Below are positions 52,749 to 62,942 of a stretch of DNA of 64,000 nt, in pieces. The position numbers were made by a program, and so were the translations under genes. Source of the stretch: a bacterium (lineage in GTDB: Bacteria; SM23-31). The DNA is taken from positions 1,038,065 through 1,102,064 of the forward strand of contig OZ244870.1 in the NCBI GenBank assembly GCA_965221205.1. Reading direction: 5' to 3'. The notes below the pieces were generated by a model. That model made no database searches and was not told where the DNA came from. It worked only from the letters and a program-made list of their open reading frames with translations. How positions within the stretch are numbered: the stretch's first letter is position 1; every line of letters begins with the position of its first letter.

Positions 52749-53450
52749 ATGAAACTACTCGATTTGACCGGTGTGAACGGGAAACAGGTCATGCTGAAGC
52801 CCAATTTCAATTCGGCCGACATTACACCGGGTTCGACCCATAACGACACCCTCTTACAGTTTGTTTATGAGTTGCATGAGTGGGGTGCGCGCGGAATAAC
52901 GCTCGGAGAATCGAGTGGACCGACCAATACAAAACGCGTTATGGAGAACAAAGGGATTTTTGACATGGCGGACGAGCTCGATTTTGGCATCGTCAACTAT
53001 GATGATATTTCTGATAAAGAGTGGATAAATTATCCGAGAGAGGGCACACACTGGCCGGGAGGTTACTACCTGCCGGAGCATGGTGTCAAAGCAGAATATA
53101 ACGTTTCGACGTGCTGTTTGAAAACACACCAGTATGGCGGTGTGTTTACAATGTCACTCAAATTGTCGGTTGGTCTTACACGGAAATCGATTCGCAGTAC
53201 CGACCCGAGACGGACAATGCACCGGTCATCTGATATGAGACGTATGATTGCGGAACTGAATGAAGGCTACAGCCCGCAGTTAATAGTGCTCAACGGAATC
53301 GATGCATTTGTCGACGGTGGCCCATCAGAAGGTGAACTAAAAAAAGCCGATGTCGTAATTGCCGGTCCCGGACAGATTGAAATAGTAACGCCCGACGATG
53401 AGAGCCGGGCGTATGCAAATGTGTTGAAACCTATACTTGCGCAGGGATAA
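52749..53450 (+). CDS. DUF362 domain protein
   Basis: VMLKPNFNSAD..TLGESSGPT pattern; start may lie upstream because the frame is open before 52749. Confidence 0.5.
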   Translation: MKLLDLTGVNGKQVMLKPNFNSADITPGSTHNDTLLQFVYELHEWGARGITLGESSGPTNTKRVMENKGIFDMADELDFGIVNYDDISDKEWINYPREGTHWPGGYYLPEHGVKAEYNVSTCCLKTHQYGGVFTMSLKLSVGLTRKSIRSTDPRRTMHRSSDMRRMIAELNEGYSPQLIVLNGIDAFVDGGPSEGELKKADVVIAGPGQIEIVTPDDESRAYANVLKPILAQG

Positions 53451-53471
53451 TTGTGGAATTTGCCCTGATGC

Positions 53472-54140
53472 CTAATCCTGCATCTGAAGGGCGGCTTTTT
53501 TCAATTTTTCGTTTGCATAGACAGCGATCTCAACCCGCCGGTTGAACTGCCGGCCTGCATTGGTCTCATTTGTTGCTACTGGAATATCGGGACCGTGTCC
53601 GACAACATTAATGCGCTGAATTTCAACACCATGTGTGACTGAATAATTAGCGACCGATTCCGCACGTTTTTCGGACAAGTCCATATTGAAATCGTATGAA
53701 CCCGTTGCATCTGTATGACCTTCGATCAGGATATTTGTATCGGGGTATTTTAAGAGAATTTCAGACAATTTCTCAACATTTTTCTTCGCCTCGAATTGCA
53801 GTTCCGAACTGCTCACCTCAAAAAGAATTCCGGAATCGAATGTGATTTTGATCCCTTCACCGATCCGCTCGACTTTTGCGCCTTCGAGGTCACGCTGCAT
53901 CTCTTCAGCCTGCTTATCCATCTGTCTGCCGATATAGGCGCCTGCCGCACCGCCGATTGCTGCACCCAGAAGTACTCCTACTGCGGTATTGTCGTTATTT
54001 TTGCCGATAATTCCGCCGAGTATTGCGCCTGCGCTCGCCCCGATTGTCGCCCCTCTTGTCTGGCTGCTCGCCGAACAACCGCCCAGCAGTGACCCGATGA
54101 GTAAGAATGTAATTGTATAATGAATAATTCGCCTGTCCAT
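53472..54140 (-). CDS. OmpA family lipoprotein
   Basis: Start taken at internal ATG 54140 (MDRRIIHYTITFLLIGSLLGGCS lipobox); glycine-zipper region; OmpA-like C-terminus TDATGSYDFNMDLSEKRAESV. Confidence 0.75.
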   Translation of the reverse strand: MDRRIIHYTITFLLIGSLLGGCSASSQTRGATIGASAGAILGGIIGKNNDNTAVGVLLGAAIGGAAGAYIGRQMDKQAEEMQRDLEGAKVERIGEGIKITFDSGILFEVSSSELQFEAKKNVEKLSEILLKYPDTNILIEGHTDATGSYDFNMDLSEKRAESVANYSVTHGVEIQRINVVGHGPDIPVATNETNAGRQFNRRVEIAVYANEKLKKAALQMQD

Positions 54141-54323
54141 CCGTACCTCCATTATGTGGTTGTGCTACTGGAAATATATAAAAAAAGTTCAATACCGGAA
54201 AGTAAATTTCTATGCAGAGCGCAATAAAAATTGACATTGCCCCCGTTCTGCATTATATTTTCATACAACCGAAATGGCTTGTCTGTTCCATATGAATTAA
54301 ATTATTCTAAAATAAGAAATACA

Positions 54324-54794
54324 ATGAGCGAACAGGTAAAAAAAGCGGTGACTGAAAGGCTCGACAGTAATAAAGATTATTACTACCGACTGCGGAAAAA
54401 AATCGAATCCTGGCTGGCGGAAAAAGGCACAGCGAAAAAAGCAGCTGATGTGATCATGCTTGCACCCGATATGTTCTATCTGCTCTGGAAACTCTCCATC
54501 GATAACGAAGTTTCTCTCAAGTCACGGGGAATTCTTGCCGCCGCGGTTGTCTATTTTGTTTCGCCACTCGATCTTATGCCAGAACTGATATTCGGACCGA
54601 TGGGATTCCTCGATGATATCGCACTTGGCGCCTATGTCCTGAATCTGATCATCAACGATACTCCTCCGCAGATAATCAAGAAATACTGGGTAGGAGAGAA
54701 CGATCTCCTCATGGTTGTCAAAAGCATTCTCATCAACGCTGATCGCCTCCTCGGAAAAGGCCTCTGGAACCGTCTGAAGCGGCGGTTAAAATAA
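54324..54794 (+). CDS. DUF1232 (YkvA-like) domain protein
   Basis: PLDLMPELIFGPMGFLDDIALGAYVL motif; start taken at ATG 54324 (MSEQVKK). Confidence 0.6.
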   Translation: MSEQVKKAVTERLDSNKDYYYRLRKKIESWLAEKGTAKKAADVIMLAPDMFYLLWKLSIDNEVSLKSRGILAAAVVYFVSPLDLMPELIFGPMGFLDDIALGAYVLNLIINDTPPQIIKKYWVGENDLLMVVKSILINADRLLGKGLWNRLKRRLK

Positions 54795-54858
54795 CAAAAA
54801 ATGATTTTGAATATCGAATTATTTTCTTAAATAATATATCTTTAAATATTCAATATGA

Positions 54859-55723
54859 ATGCAACTTATGAAAGAAATTGTATCGGACATAATATTAGGT
54901 GACTGCTTACAAGAACTTAATAATTTTAAATCAGAAAAATTTGATTTAATTATAACATCTCCTCCTTATGCTGATAGTAGGATGAGTACTTATGGAGGAA
55001 TCAAACCGGATAAATATGTCGAGTGGTTTTTAAAAAGATCATTAGAATTTTATAGGGTGCTTGATGAAAAGGGAACATTTATATTAAATATAAAAGAAAG
55101 AGTTGATAAAGGCGAACGTCATACTTATGTGATAGAATTGATTTTAGAACTAAAGAAACAAGGCTGGTTATGGACTGAGGAGTTTATATGGCACAAAAAA
55201 CTCTTATCCCGGAAAATGGCCGAATCGATTTCGAGATTCTTGGGAAAGATGTTTACAATTTAACAAAAGTAAAAAATTTAATATGTATCAGGATGCAGTA
55301 ATGGTACCAATGGGAAGTTGGGCTGAATCGAGATTAAAAAAATTAAGTGAAACTGATAAAACACGTGATAATTCTAAAGCGGGGAGCGGTTTTGGGAAAA
55401 ATGTATCCAATTGGATTGGAAGGGATATGGTCTATCCAACTAATGTATTACATTTAGCAACAGAAACTGGTAATAAAAATCACAGTGCAGTATTTCCTAA
55501 AACGCTACCTTCTTGGTTTCTAAAATTATTTACTAAAGAAAACGATTTGGTTTTGGATCCATTTGTTGGATCTGGTACAACTTGTAGAGTTACCAGTAAA
55601 TTATTAAGAAATTCGGTAGGTATAGAATTAAATCCAGAATATTACAATATGGCGAAGGGAAAAGTACCATCTTCAAATCTATTATTGCTTGAGAAAAAAG
55701 GTGAATATGGGAGAAATAAATAG
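54859..55723 (+). pseudogene. Beta-class DNA methyltransferase split by a frameshift in an A6 tract
   Basis: ORF 54859-55263 has motif IV ITSPPYA; ORF 55283-55723 has motif I LDPFVGSGTT; the second frame is open back to 55154 and reads ..GTKKNSYPGKWPNRFRDSWE.., so one extra A in the A6 run at 55195-55200 would fuse them. Confidence 0.7.
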
Positions 55724-55740
55724 AGTTGCGTTGACAGAAT

Positions 55741-56436
55741 TTGTTTAAGGCTAAGAATATTAATGAAGGAAGTATATTAGTTAAAGATGATTTAGATGCA
55801 TATTTATCTTCGAGGGAAGAAGGGATATTTGGTACGTTTTTAGAAGGGCTTGCAATTTATACATGTAATAATGTGTATAATGGAAGAAAATCATCAGCAG
55901 AGGGAATAGATTTAGAATTTGAAAGAGAAAATGTTTATTGTATTGTTACTATAAAATCAGGTCCAAATTGGGGTAATAATCAACAAATTAAAAGAATGAA
56001 ATCAAATTTTTCAAAAGCAAAAAAGATTTTACGCTCCAATAGAGGGAGCATAAATATTTCGGCAATTAATGGTTGCTGTTATGGTAAAGATAATAATCCC
56101 GACAAAGGTGAATATTTTAAATATTGCGGTGAAAGATTTCGGACATTTATTTCTGGTGAAAATGCATTGTATTTGGATATAATAGAACCACTTGGCTATA
56201 AAGCTAAAATTAAAAATGATAATTATCTCAAAGAATATTCAAATAGTGTCCATAGAATCACTAAAGAGTTTATAAATGACTTCTGTGACGCATCAGGTCA
56301 AATTCTCTTTGGAATAAACTTGTTCATTTTAATTCAGGTAAAAATAACCCTTAACCATTTACTCCATCAATTTATCAACACTCAGCATATCTTTTTCTCT
56401 CGGCACAATTATAACAAATGTAAGCAACACCAGTAA
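55741..56436 (+). CDS. Putative Type II restriction endonuclease (PD-(D/E)xK-like), cognate to the adjacent methyltransferase
   Basis: TTG start right after the methyltransferase; GIDLEFERENVYCIVTIKSG resembles a D..E-x-K core; the C-terminal 25 codons overlap the convergent membrane gene and may be spurious. Confidence 0.35.
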   Translation: MFKAKNINEGSILVKDDLDAYLSSREEGIFGTFLEGLAIYTCNNVYNGRKSSAEGIDLEFERENVYCIVTIKSGPNWGNNQQIKRMKSNFSKAKKILRSNRGSINISAINGCCYGKDNNPDKGEYFKYCGERFRTFISGENALYLDIIEPLGYKAKIKNDNYLKEYSNSVHRITKEFINDFCDASGQILFGINLFILIQVKITLNHLLHQFINTQHIFFSRHNYNKCKQHQ

Positions 56437-56784
56437 CGGGAAGTTATCGCCTGACATATCGAAGAAGGGCTCTTTAAGGAGGTTGCCATAGGTCACGATG
56501 ACTAATTTCGAGCCAAGAACTGCACAGCTTTCCTTCACTCTGAATCCGAGACATAACGGCCCACCCGCAAAAAATTCCAGATACGGCACTAAAAATCCAA
56601 GCGTCCAAAGCATCCAAACCGGAATCCATGTATCCTGATATCTGCCGACAAAATTTTCGCGGGCAAATGCAACTGCACCGATTGAGAACGATTTGAAAAA
56701 TCCCCGCATCAGAAACATCAGTCCTAAAATCCGCCGGGCAAAAAACAGTGCCAACGCACTACCGTCTATTGTTGGTTTTCTCAT
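56359..56784 (-). CDS. DoxX-like small membrane protein
   Basis: 141 aa with several hydrophobic helices in a DoxX-like arrangement. Confidence 0.35.
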   Translation of the reverse strand: MRKPTIDGSALALFFARRILGLMFLMRGFFKSFSIGAVAFARENFVGRYQDTWIPVWMLWTLGFLVPYLEFFAGGPLCLGFRVKESCAVLGSKLVIVTYGNLLKEPFFDMSGDNFPLLVLLTFVIIVPREKDMLSVDKLME

Positions 56785-56994
56785 GATTTTTCCCTATGTA
56801 GTGTATTTTAAATTAAACTGTGTAAAATTACTAAATGGATGTATTATGATAAAGAACTCTCTTTAAAATACGCTTTTTGTGCACATTGATCCCCAGTGAC
56901 TCCACCAATTCTTTTGACATTGTCACTGCTCTGTTCTATATTGCCACCTTGCACATTGATAGAACCGTTTAATAAGCATATAATGGATTGAATA

Positions 56995-58862
56995 ATGAAA
57001 AGTCTGTGGAACGAACAGGTAGAAAAACTATGTGCACGATCCACTGCAGATGTGCGTTTACACATCGCGACTTATCGGGCAGGACGCAGCATCACTCGTG
57101 CTGCATAGCGGCGGAAACACTTCCGTAAAAGCATCGGTGACCGGATATTTTGATGAAACACTTGAAGTGCTGTATGTCAAAGGAAGCGGCTGGGACCTCG
57201 TAGCCATCGAAGCGGAAGGATTTGCCCCGGTCAGGCTCGAAACGCTAAAGAAAATGGCTGAGTTCAAATCGCTCAGCGATACACTGATATGGTTCTCGCC
57301 CAGTGGGCTGCAATGGACCGACCAACAGGCACCTAATCCCTCTGTAGAAGCTATATTGCATGCCATCATCCCCTTTGCATACGTTGACCATACCCACACC
57401 GATGCCGTTGTTGCGGTCACCAATACCGACAATGGTGAAGAAAAAATACGCGAAATTTACGGCGATAGGGCGCTTGTCATTCCGTATGTCATGCCAGGAT
57501 TTGAGCTTGCACGCTATATCTACGAAAAAACACGGGGCATTGACTGGAACACCATCGACGGGATGGTGCTGCTGCATCACGGAATTTTCACCTTTCATGA
57601 CGACGCACAAACAAGTTACGAGATGATGATTGAACTCGTATCGCTTGCGGAAGATTATCTTTCACAGAAAGGCGCTATTCAGGCAGTAATAAAAACTGCC
57701 GATAGTACTCCAGATATTCCCTTGTACACTATTGCTCATCTCCGGAAGGAATTGTCAAAATCCGCCGGATTTCCCATGATTGTGCAGCTCAACACCAGGG
57801 AAGAAGAGCGTGGTTTTGCAGGCAGGCCTATTTTAAGAGACATTCCAGCAGTGAACTGACAATGGTCGACCCGGCGCCGCGCTGGATCGTCTGGCCGAAG
57901 ATAGAGACTGCGTCCTGCTGGCAAAAACCTGAAAGCGATTCGGATCACGAATGATATTGTGCGCCACACTATAACTGCTATTCAGTGGTGTGAAGCTCTC
58001 GGTGGTTGGAATGCACTGCCGGAGAAAGACATATGCGATATCGAGTATTGGGAGCTTGAGCAGGCAAAAGTTAAAGAAAAGCAGTGGGAAATCCTTGCAG
58101 TTTGAGGGTAAAATTGCCCTCGTTACCGGAGCAGCAAGCGGAATTGGCAAAGCGTGTATCGAGGCACTGCTCGCTGAAGGTGCTGTCGCTGTAGTTCTCG
58201 ACATCAATCCCGATTTGAAGAAAATCTTTTCCGACAGCCGGGTTCTTCCGATCGTCTGCGATGTGACGGATGAAAACAGTATCGAAAACGCCTTCGGGCA
58301 GATTGTTCTCCGCTTTGGCGGGCTCGATATTCTCATCAGCAATGCCGGTGTTTTTACAAAAAGCAGCGGTTTCGACGAAATGAAACCGGACATCTGGGAA
58401 AAAAGCCTTGCTCTCAACCTTACTTTGCATCAGCGGTTTCTAAAAGCGGCGATTCCCTTTCTGAAGCACGGTATCGATTCCGCTGTTGTGTATATCGGTT
58501 CCAAGAATGTTCCGGCGACGGAACCCGATGCAGGTGCCTACTCAGTTGCGAAGGCCGGCCTGACACAGCTCAGCCGGGTGGCCGCGCTTGAATTGGGACA
58601 ATTCGGAATCCATGTCAATATTATCCATCCGAATATGGTGTTCGATACAGCTATCTGGACTGACGAGGTATTACAGGAGCGGGCTGCGCGCTACAACATG
58701 AGTGTCGAGGAGTACAAAACGGATAACCTGCTGAAAACCGAAGTCACATCTTGGAATGTTACGGAACTTACTGTATCGATGGTGTGGGCGCAGCGTTTGC
58801 TAAAACTACAGGCGCACAGGTCTCCGTTAATGGGGGAAATGAACGTGTCGTTTGAGCGATAA
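56995..58862 (+). pseudogene. Bifunctional class II aldolase/short-chain dehydrogenase (rhamnulose-1-phosphate aldolase-SDR fusion type), disrupted by several frameshifts
   Basis: N-terminus MKSLWNEQVEK (ATG 56995) shifts frame at an A5 run (57023-57027) into the aldolase frame (..SLVLHSGGNTSVK); the linker is spread over three frames (..DIEYWELEQAKVKEKQWE); SDR part from 58107 (GKIALVTGAASGIGK). Confidence 0.6.
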
Positions 58863-58874
58863 TGCGGCCGGTAT

Positions 58875-60548
58875 TTATTGTTCGTGTCTGATAACGATAC
58901 CGGGACGCGCTCCGGTCATATGTCCATTTTCGATTACAAATTTTCCATTGACGAGCATATAATCAATCCCCTCTGCATATCTCAGAGGATCAGTAAATGT
59001 CGCCCGGTCCTGAATCGTCTCCGGATCAAATATAACGATATCAGCCGCGTATCCGGGATTGATTTGCCCGCGGTCTGCCAATTTAAGAATCTCTGCCGGA
59101 AGCGAGGTCATTTTTCTAACAGCTTCCTTAAGGCTGATGATCTGTTTTTCCCGGACATAGTGAGCAAGTATTCTTGGGAACGCTCCAAATGCGCGTGGAT
59201 GTGCACTTGCTGTTGATTCGGGATTGATCGGAGAAGCATCGTTATCGAAGCATATAAAATCAGCCCGCAACGCAAGGTGTTTCTGTTCCTCATTCATGCT
59301 TACCGGTGCTACACTTGTCCCGGCAATGACAAGGTCAAAAAACATATCCCAGACATTAACACCCTTTTTAGCGGCCGCTTCTTCAATCGATAATCCGACC
59401 AGGCTTTCAAACTGCTCATCATTAACCCCGGTAATCAGAACTTTATACCAGTTGCTGCCTGTCTGCCGGTAGAAATTCTCCCAGTCCGCTATGGTTTCGA
59501 TTTCCCGTCTGAGTTCCTGCCGGAAATTCGGTTCATTTAATTGACCGAACAGTGCGTCCTCTCCGTGTGCGAACCGGTTGGGGTGGATAAATGCACTGAG
59601 TCCGAGTCTGCTCCTAATATAAGGATAGATATCTGCGGTAATATCAAGACCGTCTCGCCGGGCATCGGAAATTTTCTGCAGCGCCTGTTCCATGAGCGGC
59701 CAGTTATCCTGCCCTGCTGCTTTCAGATGAAAAATATGACTTGGCAATCCTGCTACACTGCTGATACGAATTACCTCATCGACAGCTTCAAGCAAGCTGC
59801 CGCTTTCGTTCCGAATGTGGGATAAATATATCCCACCATGCTCAGCGGCTGTGCGTGCAAGCTCGGTAATTTCTTCAGTTGAAGCGAATGCGCCGGGGGG
59901 ATAAATCAACGCGGTTGAAAGCCCCACGGCACCGTCATGAATTGCCTCGGAAACAAGCTCTTTCATCTTCTCCAACTCGCCGGGAGTCGGTGCCCGGTCT
60001 TTTTCACCAACCACGATCCGACGGACTTGGCTTGAACCGACCGTATGGAGCACATTCAGTGCAATGCCTTTCTTCTCAAGCAGCGGAAAATATTCTGAAT
60101 ACGTTGACCAGGTTTCGTCGACACTGCGGTACTCGCTATTCGTACTTGCTTCGGAGCGGGGTGCAACGGTTGTACCTTCACCGACAAGCATCGTCGTTAT
60201 CCCTTGGCGGAGTTTACTCTCAGCGGTGACCGGGTCACTGAGGAGCGGCACACTGCTGCCGCCCATCATATCGATAAAACCGGGTGTGACAACCCTGCCG
60301 TTAGCATCGATTACCATTCCGGCAATTTCGTTGGGAAGCATGCCGATTTCTCTAATTATCCCATCCTTGACTGCAATATCGGCTGTATAACCTGCTGCTC
60401 CTGTTCCGTCGATTACGAGTGCATTTTTGATGATAACGTCAAAATCATATGACGATGAGCAGTTGAAAAACAATCTGCCAATCAGAATGAGCATGAGAAA
60501 TGATGTTGAAGAAGATGGTATTTTTCTTCTAATATTCATTCGATTCAT
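58875..60548 (-). CDS. Amidohydrolase family protein (N-acyl-D-amino-acid deacylase-like)
   Basis: About 558 aa from the internal ATG at 60548; GTGAAGYTADIAVKDGII..PGFIDMMGG pattern; the HxH motif is replaced. Confidence 0.65.
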   Translation of the reverse strand: MNRMNIRRKIPSSSTSFLMLILIGRLFFNCSSSYDFDVIIKNALVIDGTGAAGYTADIAVKDGIIREIGMLPNEIAGMVIDANGRVVTPGFIDMMGGSSVPLLSDPVTAESKLRQGITTMLVGEGTTVAPRSEASTNSEYRSVDETWSTYSEYFPLLEKKGIALNVLHTVGSSQVRRIVVGEKDRAPTPGELEKMKELVSEAIHDGAVGLSTALIYPPGAFASTEEITELARTAAEHGGIYLSHIRNESGSLLEAVDEVIRISSVAGLPSHIFHLKAAGQDNWPLMEQALQKISDARRDGLDITADIYPYIRSRLGLSAFIHPNRFAHGEDALFGQLNEPNFRQELRREIETIADWENFYRQTGSNWYKVLITGVNDEQFESLVGLSIEEAAAKKGVNVWDMFFDLVIAGTSVAPVSMNEEQKHLALRADFICFDNDASPINPESTASAHPRAFGAFPRILAHYVREKQIISLKEAVRKMTSLPAEILKLADRGQINPGYAADIVIFDPETIQDRATFTDPLRYAEGIDYMLVNGKFVIENGHMTGARPGIVIRHEQ

Positions 60549-60734
60549 TTTTTCCCTGTGTGTCAATTGTGTCAATTGTAGATATGTCATGAGAACAGTG
60601 AAACAAAAGATATACTTTGCAGTATATGATAGCAAGACAATTATAAACTCCTTGCTATAATGATACGTCTGCTCTATCTTTCTAATAACTTCTTTTGACA
60701 AAATGTATTTTCATAGATAATATCGGTGGATTAA

Positions 60735-61034
60735 ATGAAATTTAAAATAGGACAGCTTGTTCACCACAAATTATTCGGATACAGAGGGGTTATTTTCGGA
60801 GTCGATCCCAAATTCAAGGGAGACGAAGCCTGGTACGATTTTATGGCGCGAACACGCCCCCCGAAAGACAAGCCGTGGTATAATGTACTTGTGGATGGCG
60901 AAGATTATACGACGTACGTCGCGGAGCGGAATCTGGAATACGATACAACAAATGAAGAAATTCACCATCCGCTGCTGCCGGTTTATTTTAATGAATTCAA
61001 AGGTGGTGAATATTGTTTGGGATCCACTAACTGA
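60735..61034 (+). CDS. hspQ: Heat shock protein HspQ (YccV-like hemimethylated-DNA-binding domain)
   Basis: FKIGQLVHHKLFGYRGVIFGVDP..PWYNVLVDGEDYTTYVAE parallels E. coli HspQ recalled from memory. Confidence 0.75.
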   Translation: MKFKIGQLVHHKLFGYRGVIFGVDPKFKGDEAWYDFMARTRPPKDKPWYNVLVDGEDYTTYVAERNLEYDTTNEEIHHPLLPVYFNEFKGGEYCLGSTN

Positions 61035-61076
61035 GATTATGTAATCTGCCTCAATTCTTGAAGGAATTATACAGTA

Positions 61077-61775
61077 GTGATCGAGTTTAGACAATATGGC
61101 ATCATAACCTTCGACTGCTACGGAACGTTGATCGACTGGGAAAGCGGAATCCTGAATGCACTGAACAGAGTACTTAGACGGCACAGTATAAATGCCGAGA
61201 ACCGGATATTGCTCGAATTGTATGCGAAGTATGAGTCGGCTGCTGAGTCAGGTCCATACATCCCATACCGGGAGGTATTGCGGTCGGTAATGTGGCAGTT
61301 TGGGAAGCAGTTTTCTTTTGTTCCATGGCAGGAAGACGATTATGCACTTGCCGAATCGATACAGGAGTGGCAACCGTTCGATGATACGGTTGAATCGCTC
61401 CAAAAGCTTAAGCAACAATATAAACTTGCGGTTCTGTCGAATGTCGACGACGAACTTTTTGCAACTTCTGCGGAAAAGCTTAAGGTCGACTTTGATTTTG
61501 TCATAACTGCACAGCAACTTGGCTGCTATAAACCTTCCGAATCATTTTTCAGGCAGGTAATTGAGCTAATGGAGTTACCAAAAAATAAAATTCTCCACAC
61601 TGCACAGAGCCTTTTCCATGATATTGCGCCGGCACAAAGACTCGGGCTGTCGACCGTCTGGATAAATCGGCGCTCACAAAGTACAGGATTTGGCGCGACT
61701 CCCGAATCGCACGTCATTCCCGATTACGAAATCCAAGATTTGAAGTCTTTTGTGAATAGTACTGGAATTCTGTAG
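61077..61775 (+). CDS. HAD-superfamily hydrolase (2-haloacid dehalogenase-like)
   Basis: Motif I ITFDCYGTLIDWESG; GTG start. Confidence 0.75.
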   Translation: MIEFRQYGIITFDCYGTLIDWESGILNALNRVLRRHSINAENRILLELYAKYESAAESGPYIPYREVLRSVMWQFGKQFSFVPWQEDDYALAESIQEWQPFDDTVESLQKLKQQYKLAVLSNVDDELFATSAEKLKVDFDFVITAQQLGCYKPSESFFRQVIELMELPKNKILHTAQSLFHDIAPAQRLGLSTVWINRRSQSTGFGATPESHVIPDYEIQDLKSFVNSTGIL

Positions 61776-62050
61776 CTTTTTTAATCGAGTCTACACGAAT
61801 CCTTTCTCGACGAGCGTACTGCCCTTGGACGTGACGACATGCTTCTGACCGGAGCCGTCTACTATACGACACCAGCTCTCCGATACCAGCTCTCCGATAC
61901 CAGCTCGGCTTCGACACCAACGCGCTCAAGGCGAAAGGAAAATCCGCCATACATTCCCGGCACCGGGAACCACATTTCAGGTCTGTCCAATTCCAGCAAC
62001 GGTTCCAGGACCGGGAGTCGCAGCTGATTCTGATCTACCAGCTTTCCCGC

Positions 62051-62530
62051 TCACTCACGAATGACCTCATGGAAATGAGCCTGAATTGTGAGAAGCACTC
62101 CGACCAGCACGTGCCGTTGATACTGCGGCTTGAGCTTGGGCAGAAGAGGTTGATGGCCCTGCTTCCTCGCGATGTCGACGGGTCGTTCACCGCGCGCGTT
62201 CCGAAGCGTGCGCCAAGCACCCAACTCAATCAAACGATCGATGACGTCCATCGGTGCCCCGCCGTGAGCCGCTTGATGCAACGGCGTATACAAAGATGGC
62301 CCGGATGGCCGAGTCGCGTTCACCAACATTTCATGCTCGGAGAGTAACTCAAGCATCCGTGGCCAGTTGTAGTCCCTTGAAACGTCCGCAAGCGTGTGTC
62401 GAAGCTGTACATCCAGTATGGACTCCGTCTTTGTTATACCGTCCCAAATGGCAGCCATGGCCTTTTTTGGCTCCTTCCTACGCCCCGGCCTGGAGAGGGC
62501 GGCGTTGCACGAGCGGCTGAAGGGCGCCAC
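62051..62530 (-). CDS. Ankyrin-repeat-like hypothetical protein in a GC-rich patch
   Basis: LYTPLHQAAHGGAPMDVIDRLIELGA ankyrin-like motif; same frame stays open for about 60 codons past the TGA at 62051. Confidence 0.35.
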   Translation of the reverse strand: MAPFSRSCNAALSRPGRRKEPKKAMAAIWDGITKTESILDVQLRHTLADVSRDYNWPRMLELLSEHEMLVNATRPSGPSLYTPLHQAAHGGAPMDVIDRLIELGAWRTLRNARGERPVDIARKQGHQPLLPKLKPQYQRHVLVGVLLTIQAHFHEVIRE

Positions 62531-62942
62531 CGGCGAGTGTACCGCGCGACACTCAATAAGTTTTTAAGTTTATTTGACACTATGCTATAAAGAATAGAAC
62601 TATATACACAACAGACAAATACTATTGTGTTTGCCAATCCGATTTTTGAAATAATATAATCCATGATAATTCCTCACACAGAATTGTATCAAAATGAATC
62701 AGGGTACTCCCTAATATACGCCTTATGCTTTACTTCCCATTCATCATTTAATCTCTTTATAAGCTCTTTATCTATTATGTTAACCTTCAAATACGAGTCA
62801 TTCGCCCTCTCAGGAAATTCAAGCAGCTTGTTTATACATCACAAAACTGCGTCGCCCTGGTATATCAGAGCGGCGCAGTTTTATTAAAATTAAACACCTT
62901 TGTCTATCGTGAATGTACATTGCTTGATGTACAGAATAACAT

